Below, one piece after another: positions 50,748 through 64,000 of a stretch of DNA of 64,000 nucleotides (within the stretch, counting starts at the first letter, position 1; each line of letters begins with the position of its first letter). Made by a program: the position numbers and the translations under genes. The stretch spans positions 93,830,727 to 93,894,726 of the forward strand of contig CM100994.1 of assembly GCA_046254885.1 (NCBI GenBank). Reading direction: 5' to 3'. The notes beneath the pieces are model-generated. The model was not told the origin of the DNA, did no database searches, and saw nothing but the letters and a program-made list of their open reading frames with translations. The DNA comes from Sinanodonta woodiana (taxonomy: Eukaryota).

Positions 50748-52561
50748 CAGTGGAGCCCCGCTATAATGCGCCCCGCCATAACGCGAATTCGGATATAACG
50801 CGGTCGCGGCGTGGCTCCCAAAATTTGGTTCACTGATTCGCTCATAAAAAAAATAATCTTCTTCTTGAAGTGTTATGCAAAAATAAACATGACATGTTTG
50901 TTCTTTGTGGTTGTCTTCAATTAATTCTGTATGCAATCGTTGCTCTCATGTTAGCCGACGTGTATTTCCTCATTAATTGGACACAAAAACAGACAATGCG
51001 GTGGTTGATGAAAGCTTTTCATAATTTAATAAACATTATAAAAATTTAAAAAAACGAAAGCCGCCAATATATTTCTGGGCTTGGCGGTGTTACTAGACGC
51101 AATCAGTTGACCAGTAAGTAATGTTTGCTTCACGAGGTAGAAATTGACAGGGTATGCAATTGACATGCGTTCAGCTTTAACAGCATTTATAAATGTGACT
51201 TGTGACACTTGCAGGCCTACTGCACTTAGTTCTCGGGGTTTTACACGTGTGATGATGAAATGGTTATTAATTACACCTTTTTCTCTTATTAAATATTTTA
51301 CTGATACGGAAAAGCAAATTCACAAATGAAGTCGTTCAATGCACTTTTGCACACACAAACAAAAAAATAATAATATGATTTTGGGGAAGAGATGTAGATG
51401 CATTTTATTATAATACAATGTATTAATTTCACCAGGTCCTTGAACTAATTGATTATGCCTAAATAAACATCGGAAATATAACTTATGATGAATTCAAGAG
51501 TAAATTACGTGTTCTTGAACTGCATAAAGAACAAAGCAGCTGACACTAGGGTGATTGATACAAGATTGGGACAATTTAATAAACATCACCCCAAAAAAAA
51601 ATGCTTTCTGGGCTAGGCTGTGCTGTGTCGGCTTTGTAGCTGGAAATTGTACATGCGTACATCGGGGGGGGTTGGGGGTTGGTACTTTACCTCATTGGCG
51701 CGTGACCATTACAGACACACAAGTTCTCGAATTTTATTTGTATGATGTTTGTTAACTAACTCGTCAGTACTTTCCTATTTTGTCTACTTATTTATTTTTT
51801 ATATTTTTTTTTACCCTATGGAAAACCAAGTTTACGATGTGTATAGACACCGTTCCTGGAACATAATGAACGTACACTTACTTCGTTTTTCGTAACCTAA
51901 TTTTCTGTTAATTTTCTTAGTGATTTCTGACCTAATGATTTGTGACACAAATATTGAATAGTTTTTAAATATGTTTGCAATTTTTACAATGGAATTAGAT
52001 ACGGATATTATGGATTAGCTGCATGCAATGACGGTACTATATATCAGACGGTAAGTAAACGGTGTTAATATACTCTCTGTACATGCTATACATTTATTGG
52101 ACATTAAATTCAGTAACAACGATCTTGGACAATATTGTTTAATATTTTAAGTCTGTGCAATCTTTTAATGGAATTGTATACTTTATGGATGAACTTTGTG
52201 CTACGACGGCACAATATTAAAAGATGTTAATACCCACCCTATTCATTATGTAACGTCAGTCGCGGTGTTATCGACTTGTATTTTCAAGGGAAAAACAATA
52301 AAACTTAGTAAAACTATCTAACGCAAAGTAATAACCTATACATATATTATACCTCCACTTTTTAAAAATAAGTCATGTTATTCATCCGATAATACTCCGA
52401 TTTCTTATATTATACACGAGTACACGTATATACGCTGATGCGGTGTTTACAGGAGATTTTTTCCCTTCAAAACACTAAAACCCCGCTACAACACGACCCC
52501 TTTTTTTAACGCGATCCAATTTCATGGACCCCGATCATCGCGTTATAGTGGGGTTCCACTG
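50748..52561. mobile_element. Tc1/mariner-like non-autonomous element of 1814 bp with a TA target-site duplication
   Basis: It has TA|CAGTGGAGCCCCGCTATAATGCGCC...GGCGTTATAGTGGGGTTCCACTG|TA, with TIR identity of about 22/25. There are subterminal ataacgcg direct repeats. No intact DDE transposase ORF is present. Confidence 0.65.
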
Positions 52562-52564
52562 TAT

Positions 52565-52680
52565 GTCTGATTTAAAGGGGACACACACACACGCATGCAC
52601 CCACACACGCATGCACACACCCACGTACGCATGCATACACACACACACACACACACGGATTGCTATACTTGTGAACCATA
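52565..52680. repeat. (CA)n-rich compound microsatellite (acacacgcatgcac motifs)
   Basis: Direct reading. An inverted (GT)n-rich block lies at 52877-52925. Confidence 0.8.
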
Positions 52681-53460
52681 AGACTAGGGACGGGGTTATG
52701 GACACATCCTTAAATAATCATTTAAACATCACATACAAGCTAAATAAGGTGAAACTATCCTCTATTGGTGTTGTTTTTACCAACATATTTTGTATACACA
52801 GTACACTAAATGCATTATTGATTGTTATCGTCGCGACATTGTGGACACAATATTGTAGTTATGGACACGATGTTCATAATGATGTGTGTGTGCGTGCGTG
52901 CATGCATGCTTGTGTGTGTGTTTCGTATTGTAATAAATATGGAGTGTGTATTTTTTTAGGTACCCTGTTTCTTAAGTAAGCTTTGAAATTTATTGTGTGA
53001 TTATTTGGTTTTTGGAGACTTAGAAATATTTCTGAGCCTGAAATAATTAACCAATCAGTAGGAACAAACGTCACAGAGCAGAGTGTTAGTAAATTTGAAC
53101 CATGCTCAGGTCCGTTAGTGTGGATTGAGAGGCTATCCGAAAATTGTGTCTTCGTAGTAATGGAGTGCATTTTAAAAGTCAGTGATGTACACTAGTGTTG
53201 TGCTTATAAGAGTAGTTTTTATTGTTAGGAATCAGTAAATTATACAATGGAACTAATAAGTTGGGATTTGTGAGGTACCGTTTGTGTGCACATAGCGTAC
53301 AGGAGGTGCATTTATATAAGTGTGATTCACCGGAAATCGGGTGTATTCAATGGCCTAGGGTCATTTAGTTAATTGTATCTCAGTTGGATAAGTGATAGAT
53401 AAGTGATAACAGTGTATTTGTTATAGTATTTCGGTTTAGCGGTACGGAAATCTGAGTATA

Positions 53461-53560
53461 ATGAAAAAGACCCCCTTGTATATGTGTAGTTAATGGACAG
53501 TTTATGTGTAGTTAATGGACAATTTATGTGTAGTTAATGGACAGTTTATATGTAATTAAT
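53461..53560. repeat. 24-bp tandem repeat, 4 copies (tgtgtagttaatggacagtttatg)
   Basis: Direct reading. Confidence 0.7.
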
Positions 53561-54129
53561 GGACAGTTTTGGAAGTGGTTATTTCTTTGGTCAATACTTG
53601 ATTAGAGGAAAGTTGGGATGATAGATAGACATGTCTTGCTTTCCCGGATTAAAACGTTAGTTGTATGGAAGTCGTTGTAATGTGGGGTAAACATATGACT
53701 TCTAGCAAGGATTCGCGCCCAGGTTTGGACATACCGCTCAGTCTGTATTAAATTAGACAACCCCAGTGCGTATAACACTATTTTCCACTATGGAAACAAA
53801 CGGTATCTACCAAGTCACTACTTATTGATTCCATGAGTAATGTACAGGCTTCCTACCATAAATACTGCCACCTCAACCACAACACAGGTATACGCCACTA
53901 GATTTGAAAATGGACTATGCTACATAGGGGACACTTTTTCCGGATTGGTTCTAAATTCACAACTAGCCAACAATGGCATCGCTCAAACTCACTAACACTC
54001 AATTCCATGATGTTTGGTCATAGTAAATGGCTAATTATTTTGGGCTAGGAATTTTTGTATGCCACTAAATTGCCAAAATCACGCAAATCTAAGAATAGCT
54101 TTAAACGGGGTGCATCAAATGCATATGCT

Positions 54130-54190
<61 letters not shown>

Positions 54191-54217
54191 TATAGATATA
54201 TATAGATATAGATAGAT

Positions 54218-54287
<70 letters not shown>

Positions 54288-54290
54288 TGT
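54130..54290. repeat. (TA)n / (TAGA)n compound microsatellite
   Basis: Direct reading. Confidence 0.9.
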
Positions 54291-54712
54291 CAAACTATGC
54301 AATAAGTATAAATATATTGTCTAGTGGTTAATTTACAAGTATAAAGATTGTTGCACTTATATAGACTAAGTGAGAGAGAGAGAAAGAATTTATTATTATA
54401 ATTTTGCATTGTATATATTGAATCAGTTTGTGTGTACTTCTTGCATACACTGCAATCCTGTGGAGTTCGTTTTTCCATTCTATGAAATGATTAACTGGAC
54501 AGGGGCATATCGTAGCTAGTAAATATAAGAGTTTGCAAGTATTTCCAAATTATCCTGAGATTAAATATTTATTAAAATGACGACAGAAGATATTGTGAGA
54601 AAACCCATCAGAAGTGAGACATTGCGGTATAGGATGGCGATGACATGCGCAAACCACAATGTGTGTATGTGAGGTGGGTTTTTGTTTGTTTGATTAGGAT
54701 TTTTAACGTAGC

Positions 54713-55000
54713 TTTAACAATTTTTCAGTCATATCGCTACGATGTCTGCTTTGAGGCAGTTTATAGTGATGTCTAGCACCGAGGCATCATGCTGCAGACA
54801 CGTAGCACGATGTCCCACCCAGTCACATTATCCTGACACCAGGTCGACCAGTCCTAACACTAACCTCTTAATGCTGAGCGTCAAGCGAGGAAGCTGTTAG
54901 TACCATTTTGTAAGTTTTTGGTATGACTCGGCCGGGGATCGAACCCACGACCTCCCGCTTCCGGGGCGGACGCTCTAACCACTAGGCCACCGAAGTGGTT
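54713..55000 (-). mobile_element. SINE copy 5, nearly identical to copy 3
   Basis: It has the same tRNA-like head (ccaccgaagtggtt...ggttcgatccccggccgag on the minus strand), body and tail as 19501-19789, with only a few substitutions. Confidence 0.75.
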
Positions 55001-57461
55001 GTGTGTGAAGTGGGTTCACACACACTGGATGCTGCGCGGCTAAGCATGCCGAGTTACACATTTATGGTGGGATATGGTTCACAACGTTGGTTTGTTCTTT
55101 TGGTTTTAAAATCATGTACATGACTCAATATCATAATTTACAGGTGTGTACCTTGTGGACAACAACATGTAGTGTCCACAATGTAAATTGTGTCCACAAG
55201 GAATGTCTATACTTTGGACCAGTGTCCACAATGTAGCAAATCTGAGAGCACACACACACACATGCACGCACACACACACACACACTCTTGGGACCAATCA
55301 TTGGTGGACCTGTTTGCAGCAAGGTGGAATACCACACTTCCAACCTTGATCCCAACAGTCCTGGATCACAAAGCCTGGCAGTCAGTGTGCTATCTTTAGT
55401 TTGGAATGCCTAAATGCATACACCTACCCTCTAACACCTCTGATTTCAATAGTGATATAAAAAAGCAAGAGAATCAGTGTCACCTCATTGTCATTGCATT
55501 AGTCTGATGGGAGAAGTCATGGATTAATGAGCTTTTCTCATGAACTCAAACAACCATGACAGCAGTTCCTAATCCAGAGCTACTGAACCTGCATGTCTGG
55601 ATTATATTGAACAGGTCTACAGAAATAAACATTTCTCTCAACCAATCATTTGTATCAAACAAGAAGGACCTCCACTCTGAAAGCATGTGATGGCAAATGG
55701 AAAACTTTTACACAGGGATGTTCACAAGAATACCTTTTACCTCTACAGGCATCTTTACCTGAGATAGCATGAAAGATCTGCTTCATCATCACATTAAGTA
55801 TAGCAGGCAGAATCAGCAAAACACATGCCCTATCAGGGGAACTGAATTACATGCAGTTCTGACAAGACATAATTCTCACTTATGATGGTACCTCTTTCGT
55901 CATCAATAAAAGGCCTCCATCCATGGGTAATCAGACCCTTATAATGAAATCATTATCTACTCAGGACACTTAATTCAAGGCCCACTACAAGTACCAGCAT
56001 GAACTTGAAGTGGTATGTTACAAGGACATAGCCATTGCATTGAGTGAGGTCATGCATACCTGTCAAACAGGTATATAATGATATAGCAGCACAAGATTTT
56101 GCCCTGGTTTATAGTAAGTGGGTTATTCACTCTGCCTATAGAGAAATAACTCCAGCTCAGATGAATTTGTTACACATTTCTGCTCACAAGGTTTGAGCCA
56201 TTACCATTGCTTTAACTGGAACAGTTCTCTGATTTTATCCATGCAGTGTGATGGAGATTAAGAGTCCACATTCTCAGTTTTTACCTCAGAAATCTTGCAT
56301 CCCAAAGGGCTCAACTCAATATGTGAGACCAATATCCATGGTGCAACAGCTGTTACCCATCCAGGTAATTTGATGGCTTTATAAGATGTAGCTTCACCAC
56401 TTCTGCTGGATTTCGGGTGGGAGGGGGTATATTTTACCGTTTGAAAGACACTCCCCAACATATGGAATCTTCTGCATCTGGGATACCTAGAAGCTGTCTC
56501 ACATAGCCTAGGGGACCAGAGATGGCATTGCCTGCATACAGGGATGTATATCCATCCATATCCATCCACCTTTTACCTATGCTCCTAAGGTATGATGAGT
56601 GATTGCCATATTTAAAGAAGAAACTAATTTTTTTCAAGTAAAATATGTTTCTTCATGGATACTTACCCAATCATGATATCCAAATACCCTCCCAGTTTCC
56701 TTGCAGTTACATTCATATAGAGAGAATGCCTTATATTTCTGTAGCAGTAACTGAAATATTTATAGGTTTTGCCCCATTACCAAGGGGAGATCAGTCTGCC
56801 TGACTGTCACATAGTTGGACAGATAACTTTTAGCTCTTGTTAGCTAAGAATGTTTTCTGTTAGGTTGGATTTGTGAGTTAGGAGTAGCTCTCCTAAGGTA
56901 TTTTGTGACTGGTTGAAACATATTTTACTAGAAGAAAGTAAACACTTTTTTAAATGTATTCATCATTTCTGGTATGCATATTAAATAAGAAGACTTTTTA
57001 ATTTCTTTATTTTTTTAATTGAACATTTTCAAAACATTTTGCCAGTGTTGAAAAATCATGGTCTGTGTTTCACTGCTCCATTGATATCTATATACCCATT
57101 TGGGTACCCATCCATGAAGTAGGGGTTCTTATATTAGTACCTGATTGGTTTGTCTGATACCTCCTTGTTTTTTGATAGACAGGCCTGACTTATTGATTCA
57201 TGCTTGAGAACATGTTTATCTGGATCATGAAATCCTTTTCATCCAACAGATATGTAAATGGGCTTCTAATTGGATAATTTTTTGCCTAATTAGACAATAT
57301 ATGTGCATAATTGTTTTGTTACACAGACATTTTGATGGACTCAAACAAAGACACATTGCTGAAATAGTAATGAATTCCTGCAAGGCCTGCAAGACATGCA
57401 CTATAATAATTGTTCATACAATTGTCAAATTTAAGTATTAAATTTATTTACAGCACCTTAG

Positions 57462-57602
<141 letters not shown>

Positions 57603-58779
57603 CTTATCTCTAAGAGAAAGAGTATTATTTTAGAAAATGTTTGTTTACCCACATATCAATATTGTTTGTTAGTTTTTTCATTGTTCTAGTTTGTTTTATT
57701 TTAAACTACATGTTACTTAATAATGTGTGTGCAATTGCATGCAAATTTGCTGGGGTTTTTATACTAATTGTAGACCTTTTGCTTACATGCTTTCTTAGGC
57801 TTTTTTAAACATGTTAAAAAAATGATATAGCTTGCATCATGTATAAGATTACTCTTTACCATAATGGTGAGGCTAAACTGTATTTTATAAAATGTTTTAA
57901 CTTTTATACAATATTTTTTTTATAATTATATTATTTGTAACACAACACTGTATCAAGGAATAAATATTTTTAATGCATTTCAGATAGTTTTTACTTTTTA
58001 TCATTTGTTAGTGTTGTTGGTCATAGAAACAGAAGCACTTTTCTGGTAATTTTTTGGTTGTCAAGCACACATTCATCCATTCATTAACACCAGTTTGTTA
58101 TCACAACTGCTTATGAACTGTTTTGAGGAACTGTCAAGCAGCTTGAAATAAAAATATTTTTACCAATGCCTTTTTGGTCCTAAATGTAAATGGCGATAAT
58201 TGTCTGGTTGACACAGTGGCCATCTTGAAAATCATACCGCAATGTCACTATGACCTCTGTATAAAAGAGGTTTTGTTTGTAAACTATATGGCAGGTTATC
58301 ATTGAATAAAAGTTATCTACATGTTGTTTCCACTATAGAACTTATGATGATACTAAATTAGATGGTCTTGTAAAAATGATACCAGTCTGATTTTCACTAT
58401 ACCAGTACATATAGTTGCCAAGGTTACCATCTTGAAAATCTTGTGCCTTTATACTGGAATAGATGGTCATATTAACATGGAGGTTTTCAGCAAAATTTGG
58501 ATTGAGTTTGCCCTGTGTCTGGACAATCCTGATCTTGCCAACCATCACTTTAGTTTGATTCTCAGTTTTTTTTATTGTTCTGACTTTAGTAAATCATGAC
58601 TCATGAGCTGTATGAACTTGACCTGGCATGTGTGAATCATTACATAATTATTTCTGAGAGATGCAACATGGATCACTGACAAATCAACATTTACTGTATG
58701 ATATTACTTTGATGACTTAGTGATGGAAAAAGTATTCCTTGTTATAAGACGAGTCCAACTGCAAATAGCATGGAGCCAG

Positions 58780-58895
58780 ATCTGCCATCTAATAGTGCAC
58801 CAGCAAATCTGCCATCTAATAGTGCACCAGCAGATCTGCCATCTAATAGTGCACCAGCAGATCTGCCATCTAATAGTGCACCAGCAGATCTGGGT
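58780..58895. repeat. 24-bp tandem repeat, 4.5 copies (atctgccatctaatagtgcaccagcag)
   Basis: Direct reading. Confidence 0.8.
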
Positions 58896-59469
58896 CTGTG
58901 TTAGAAGAAATCAGTAGAACAAAAAAAAGAATCCAGATCAGCTGGCATATTATGTAACATTAGTTTGGCTTGACTTATACGCAAGTATAAATGGAAAATT
59001 GACCAATCTTCAGTTGCTTTAATATTTATTTTAATAAAATTAATTGAAAGTTATAAAGGTAAATGGAGTCAGAGGTTAAGTTTCAAGGTTTGTAGATATC
59101 GGTGTCAATTTAGTACTGACTTAAAGTATAAACATCTACGGTCACACCCTCAATTAATCGGAATCAAATGCTGTAAATCACAGTATTACAGTATAGTTAA
59201 ATGTGGTCATATTAGCAACATGCTGTTGTAGTGAATTACTGATGTGCAAAAATATATATTTTTGATGCATGTTATATAACTGTATGAGATGTTTCATCAC
59301 ATGCTATGCTATTAACACATGCAAAAAGAAGTGAAAATCCTTATTTCCAAACAAGACAATTATAATGCCAATGACATTACTACTGCTATCAGTGTGGGTT
59401 GTTCAAATTAATTTTCGTTTTGGCCAAAACAGTATTTCTTGTACACATCAAAAGTTAATGACATTGATG

Positions 59470-59760
59470 AATGACCACTAATACTTAAGGCCAAATTTTT
59501 TAAAATTTCTTTAACTTGATAAATTTTGTAAATTTTCTTTAACTTGATAAATTTTGTAAATTTCTTTAACTTGATAAATTTTATTAAAATTTCTTTAACT
59601 CAATAAATTTTGTAAATTTTCTTTAACTTGATAAGTTTTGTAAATTTCTTTAACTTGATAAATTTTGTAAAATTTCTCTTAAATTGATACATTTTGTAAA
59701 ATTTCTTTAACTTGATAAAGTTTGTAAAATTTCTTGATAAATTTTGTAAACTTACAATCA
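59470..59760. repeat. Tandem repeat of about 37-40 bp (ttttgtaaatttctttaacttgataaa)
   Basis: Direct reading. Confidence 0.7.
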
Positions 59761-60855
59761 CCTTTTTATGATTGACATTAGTACATGTGGACACTCTCTT
59801 GCTACAGTAAGGTTTAGGTTTCCAAATTAGCACCAAGAACCACTTCTGATATTATCAAAACAATTGGGTCTGACTTTTAAAAAGATACTTAAACTTGGAA
59901 CTGCTTTCTTCTGAAAGACTTATTCAGGCTTGAGTTCAAGTAAATTGCTTTATCTCAAAAACTGCACTTGCAGGTAAAACCTGATTGAAATCTGATGTAA
60001 ATTAATCTGTCAGGGAATCATATGTGGGGTTGATAAGTCTGTCAACAGTGTAAATATAGGAGATGGGTGTTGAAAGCTGCAGTTCATTCACATACCAGTG
60101 AGAAAATTCATTTGACAGCATTCTTGTCACACCTGAAAAACAAGTAAATTAGTTTTATTTATGTAAATAGCAGCCTTAGGATATCTTTGGAAGTGACTGA
60201 GTTCATATAAAAAAAAAAAGTTACAAAATTAGACAATGTTTTGTTGTCTCTGTCTGGTTTCAGGATTTTTACAATACTTAGAAAGTTCAATTGTAATCTG
60301 AATGTATGTTATTGTTTTTTTGTTATGTTTTGTAATGGTACATTAATGGTAGACTTGTACACTTACTATTTTCTTTTTCCACAACTGTCTTAAACCTAAA
60401 ACCCTTTCAGTGTAACAAAGCTCAAGGTTACAGTAAAATTTGTTTTGCTTTAAACATTAAATAATTTTTACAAAACTAAAGCACCTAAGAAATTCAATAA
60501 TATCTATTATACTTATTTAATTATATTAATTGCTTTCTTTTATTCTCCTCCAGTGATTGCAGTGAGTAATATGGCTAGTGAAGTGTCCTTTTGTTTGTCT
60601 TTCCTGTCTGTTTATAAACATTTTTTTTTAAAGTTTCCAGAGCACAACTTTTAAACTGTTCAAGATATTTTAACCATCTTAATACTGTAACAGTAGAAAC
60701 TGTCTTGAAAGACAGAATGTGCTCTGTCATGACAGGTGGTTTCATATAGCAGTGTTTTTTTCAAGACAGATTTTTCTGAGTACAAGTTAAGCAAGTTGTG
60801 AAGAGGTGACCTTTAACACAGAAATTTCTGCATTGAAACATGCAAGTGGTATAAA

Positions 60856-61985
60856 CATTGCCAATTCCATATCATAGGGTACTAGCATAGGTATTACAAG
60901 CATTGCTGATTCCATATCATAGGGTACTAGCATAGGTATTACAAGCATTGCTGATTCCATATCATAGGGTACTAGCATAGGTATTACAAGCATTGCTGAT
61001 TCCATATCATAGGGTACTAGCATAGGTATTACAAGCATTGCTGATTCCATATCATAGGGTACTAGCATAGGTATTACAAGCATTGTCAATTCCATATCAT
61101 AGGGTACTAGCATAGGTATTACAAGCATTGTCAATTCCATATCATAGGATACTAGCATAGGTATTACAAGCATTGTCAATTCCATATCATAGGGTACTAG
61201 CATAGGTATTACAAGCATTGTCAATTCCATATCATAGGGTACTAGCATAGGTATTACAAGCATTGCTGATTCCATATCATAGGGTACTAGCATAGGTATT
61301 ACAAGCATTGTCAATTCCATATCATAGGGTACTAGCATAGGTATTACAAGCATTGTCAATTCCATATCATAGGGTACTAGCATAGGTATTACAAGCATTG
61401 TCATTTCCATATCATAGGGTACTAGCATAGGCAAGCATTGTCAATTCCATATCATAGGGTACTAGCATAGGTATTACAAGCATTGTCAATTCCATATCAT
61501 AGGGTACTAGCATAGGTATTACAAAAGCATTGTCAATTCCATATCATAGGGTACTAGCATAGGTATTACAAGCATTGCTGATTCCATATCATAGGGTACT
61601 AGCATAGGTATTACAAGCATTGCTGATTCCATATCATAGGGTACTAGCATAGGTATTACAAACATTGCTGATTCCATATCATAGGGTACTAGCATAGGTA
61701 TTACAAGCATTGCTGATTCCATATCATAGGGTACTAGCATAGGTATTACAAGCATTGCTGATTCCATATCACAGCATACTACATAGGTAGTACAAGCATT
61801 GCCATATCATAGCATACTAGAATAGGTAGTACAAACATTGTCAATTCCATATGATAGCATACTAGCATAGGTATTACAAATATTGCCAATTCCATATCAT
61901 AGCATATTAGCATGGGTAGTACAAGCATTGCCAATTCCATATAATACCATACTAGCATGGGTAGTACAAACATTGTCAATTCCAA
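60856..61985. repeat. Satellite with a 45-bp unit (tccatatcatagggtactagcataggtattacaagcattgctgat), about 25 copies
   Basis: Direct reading. It gives the artefactual minus-strand ORF MLVIPMLVPYDMELT repeats. Confidence 0.9.
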
Positions 61986-62045
61986 TAGGCTTATGTTGAC
62001 AGTTGGATTGGGGACAAGGGTCTCATTGTATTGAGAGTTGCATGG

Positions 62046-62743
62046 TAGTACTAATATTAGTACCCTTACTCCTACGTCCTGGACAGGGTATCAACATGAT
62101 CCTATATGTGTCAATGGAGCAAGCGGGTGTGAATCACACCCGCTGCTTGTTTTAGCCTAATTCAACAAATCTGAACATGTTCGTAGAATATTGTGAAATA
62201 ATTTAAATATTCCTCTTATTTACTACCGGATTCATCGTAATTCATTGTAAAAAAAAAAATGTAAAATCTCGTTTACCTTTCTTATCCGATATTTTCATTA
62301 CAATTGTCCGCCATATTAGTTTAAATACTGACTACTTCCGTTCTCAACCTCATTTGTTTATGTACCATATAAGGACATTGAAGTCTAATTTGAAAACGTA
62401 AACAGATCATTCATCAATCAATAACGTAATGTAGAATACCCAAATATGGTCAGACAAGCATTATTTAAAAAAGGGGTCACGGCGAGAGTCTCGCGTTAAC
62501 TCTCATGGTGGACACTGTGAGGTTAGTGTAACCATACAAATATATTTTATCATGTAAGGGCTTAATAAATTCAAAATAAGCAAAATTTATTTCATAGAAT
62601 GAGTATACTTATATAGCTGATTGCTACACTATTTGTTTTTCTGACTTTATTGATAATTGTTTTTGCTCCATTACATCATATGGGATCAGATCGTAGCCTC
62701 AACCACAACAAACCAAGTTGAGGCTACGACATCATAGCTAAGC
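62046..62743. mobile_element. Unclassified 698-bp insertion flanked by the 7-bp direct repeat TGCATGG
   Basis: TGCATGG occurs at 62039-62045 and again at 62744-62750. The 65-bp satellite unit reads gagagttgcatggaagaa across the empty site. The insert has internal hairpins (agcgggtgtga/tcacacccgct; gtagcctcaac/gttgaggctac). It has no TIR and no poly(A). Confidence 0.4.
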
Positions 62744-62747
62744 TGCA

Positions 62748-63690
62748 TGGAAGAATAGGCTTATGTTGACAGTTGGATTGGGGACAAGGGTCTCATTGTA
62801 TTGAGAGTTGCATGGAAGAAGAGGCTTATGTTGACAGTTGGATTGGGGACAAGGGTCTCATTGTATTGAGAGTTGCATTGAAGAAGAGGCTTATGTTGAC
62901 AGTTGGATTGGGGACAAGGGTCTCATTGTATTGAGAGTTGCATTGAAGAAGAGGCTTATGTTGACAGTTGGATTGGAGACAAGGGTCTCATTGTATTGAG
63001 AGTTGCATGGAAGAAGAGGCTTATGTTGACAGTTGGATTGGGGACAAGGGTCCCATTGTACTGAGAGTTGCATTGAAAAAGAGGCTTATGTTGACAGTTG
63101 GATTGGGGACAAGGGTCTCATTGTATTGAGAGTTGCATGGAAGAAGAGGCTCATGCTGACAGTTGGATTGGAGACATTAGGGTCTCATTGTATTGAGAGT
63201 TGCATGGAAGAAGAGGCTCATGTTGACAGTTGGATTGGGGACAAGGGTATCATTGTTTTGAGAGTTGCATTGAAGAAGAGGCTCATGCTGACAGTTGGAT
63301 TGGAGACAAGGGTCTCGTTGTATTGAGAGTTGCATTGAAGAAGAGGCTCATGTTTACAGTTGGATTGGAGACAAGGATCTCATTGTATTGAGAGTTGCAT
63401 TGAGGAAGAGACTTATGTTGACAGTTGGATTAGGGACAAGGGTCTCATTGTATTGAGAGTTGCATTGAAGAATAGGCTTATGTTGACAGTTGGATTGGAG
63501 ACAAGGGTCTCATTGTATTGAGAGTTGCATGGAAGAAGAGGCTCATGTTGACAGTTGGATTGGAGACAAGGGTCTCATTGTATTGAGAGTTGCATTGAAG
63601 AAGAGGCTCATGTTTACAGTTGGATTGGGGACAAGGGTCTCATTGTATTGAGAGTTGCATTGAAGAAGAGGCTTAAGTTGACAGTAATGG
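62748..63690. repeat. Satellite with a unit of about 65 bp (gaagaggcttatgttgacagttggattggggacaagggtctcattgtattgagagttgcattgaa), about 15 copies, plus one unit at 61986-62044
   Basis: Direct reading. Successive gaggc anchors are 65 bp apart. Confidence 0.9.
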
Positions 63691-63819
63691 TTCAGAGAAG
63701 AAAGTCAAATAATAATGTCAGTTAGGGGAAGAGGGTCATATTGTCCTAACAGTTGGTTACAGGAAGAGGATCCTGTTGTCTCGACAGATGGCTAGTTGAA
63801 GAGTGTCTTATTCACTTAA

Positions 63820-64000
63820 CATTTTTATTATGAGAAAGGTCTTAGAGTATTAAAATTTTTATTAGGTAAGAGAGTCTTAGTGTATTAACATTCTTATTAG
63901 GAAATAGAGACTTGGTGTATTAACATTTGTATTAGGAGAAAGGTCTTAGTGTATTAATATTTGTATTAGGAAAGAGAGACTTATTTTATTAACATTTGTA
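63820..64000. repeat. Tandem repeat of about 35 bp, 5 copies (tcttagtgtattaacatttgtattaggaaagagaga)
   Basis: Direct reading. It runs to the window edge. Confidence 0.7.

Noticed and set aside
50453-50845. 130-aa minus-strand ORF
   Set aside because: It overlaps the left TIR of the Tc1-like element (RPRYIRIRVMAGRIIAG is the TIR read in frame) and has no homology-like features.
52524-52979. 151-aa ORF with HTHTHT / CVCV runs
   Set aside because: It is an artefact of translating the (CA)n/(GT)n microsatellites.
55400-56640. Minus-strand ORFs 56258..56569 and 56434..56637 in a less AT-rich unique segment
   Set aside because: There are no recognisable domains and no convincing splice sites. It is possibly a degraded transposable-element interior, with insufficient evidence to call.
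60787-61985. 215-aa minus-strand ORF MLVIPMLVPYDMELT... repeats
   Set aside because: It is an artefact of the 45-bp satellite at 60856-61985.

Overview
This window is eukaryotic, most likely invertebrate metazoan nuclear DNA, not prokaryotic. The evidence is its AT-richness (about 65% AT by eye), spliced genes with GT-AG introns, and dominance by satellites, microsatellites, SINEs, LINE fragments and DNA-transposon MITEs. I find no operon-like gene clusters, no CRISPR arrays and no defence or metabolic islands, so there is no prokaryote-style undescribed system here. The interesting content is repeat and transposon dynamics plus two spliced genes.

Protein-coding content:
- A five-exon '+' strand gene (about 2234 to 22549) encodes a ubiquitin-like domain ending in LVLRLRGG. 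It is followed by a roughly 700-aa low-complexity tail with an Arg/Ser-rich C-terminus.
- A second '+' strand gene fragment consists of two phase-compatible exons, 43897-43996 and a terminal exon 48574-48911. Its product is unknown.

Mobile elements:
- A tRNA-derived SINE family is present in five copies. Two are near-identical, and a sixth degenerate head lies near 1.9 kb.
- Two LINE fragments occur: an RTE-like C-terminus with a (GAT)n tail, and a CR1/L2-like RT core.
- Several TIR DNA elements occur:
  - two identical copies of a 1.2-kb Tc1-like MITE with TA target-site duplications, inside a satellite;
  - a 1.8-kb Tc1-like non-autonomous element;
  - two roughly 2.4-kb TIR elements, one carrying a decayed TTF-type zinc-finger remnant;
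  - a 525-bp MITE with TTAACACATTAACCCCT termini;
  - a foldback;
  - a 698-bp insertion with a 7-bp target-site duplication.

Tandem repeats:
- There are more than 20 arrays.
- The largest is a 9.7-kb array of a 45-bp unit. It contains an almost perfect 3.3-kb tandem higher-order duplication that carries the MITE.

All calls come from reading the sequence directly. No database searches were possible.
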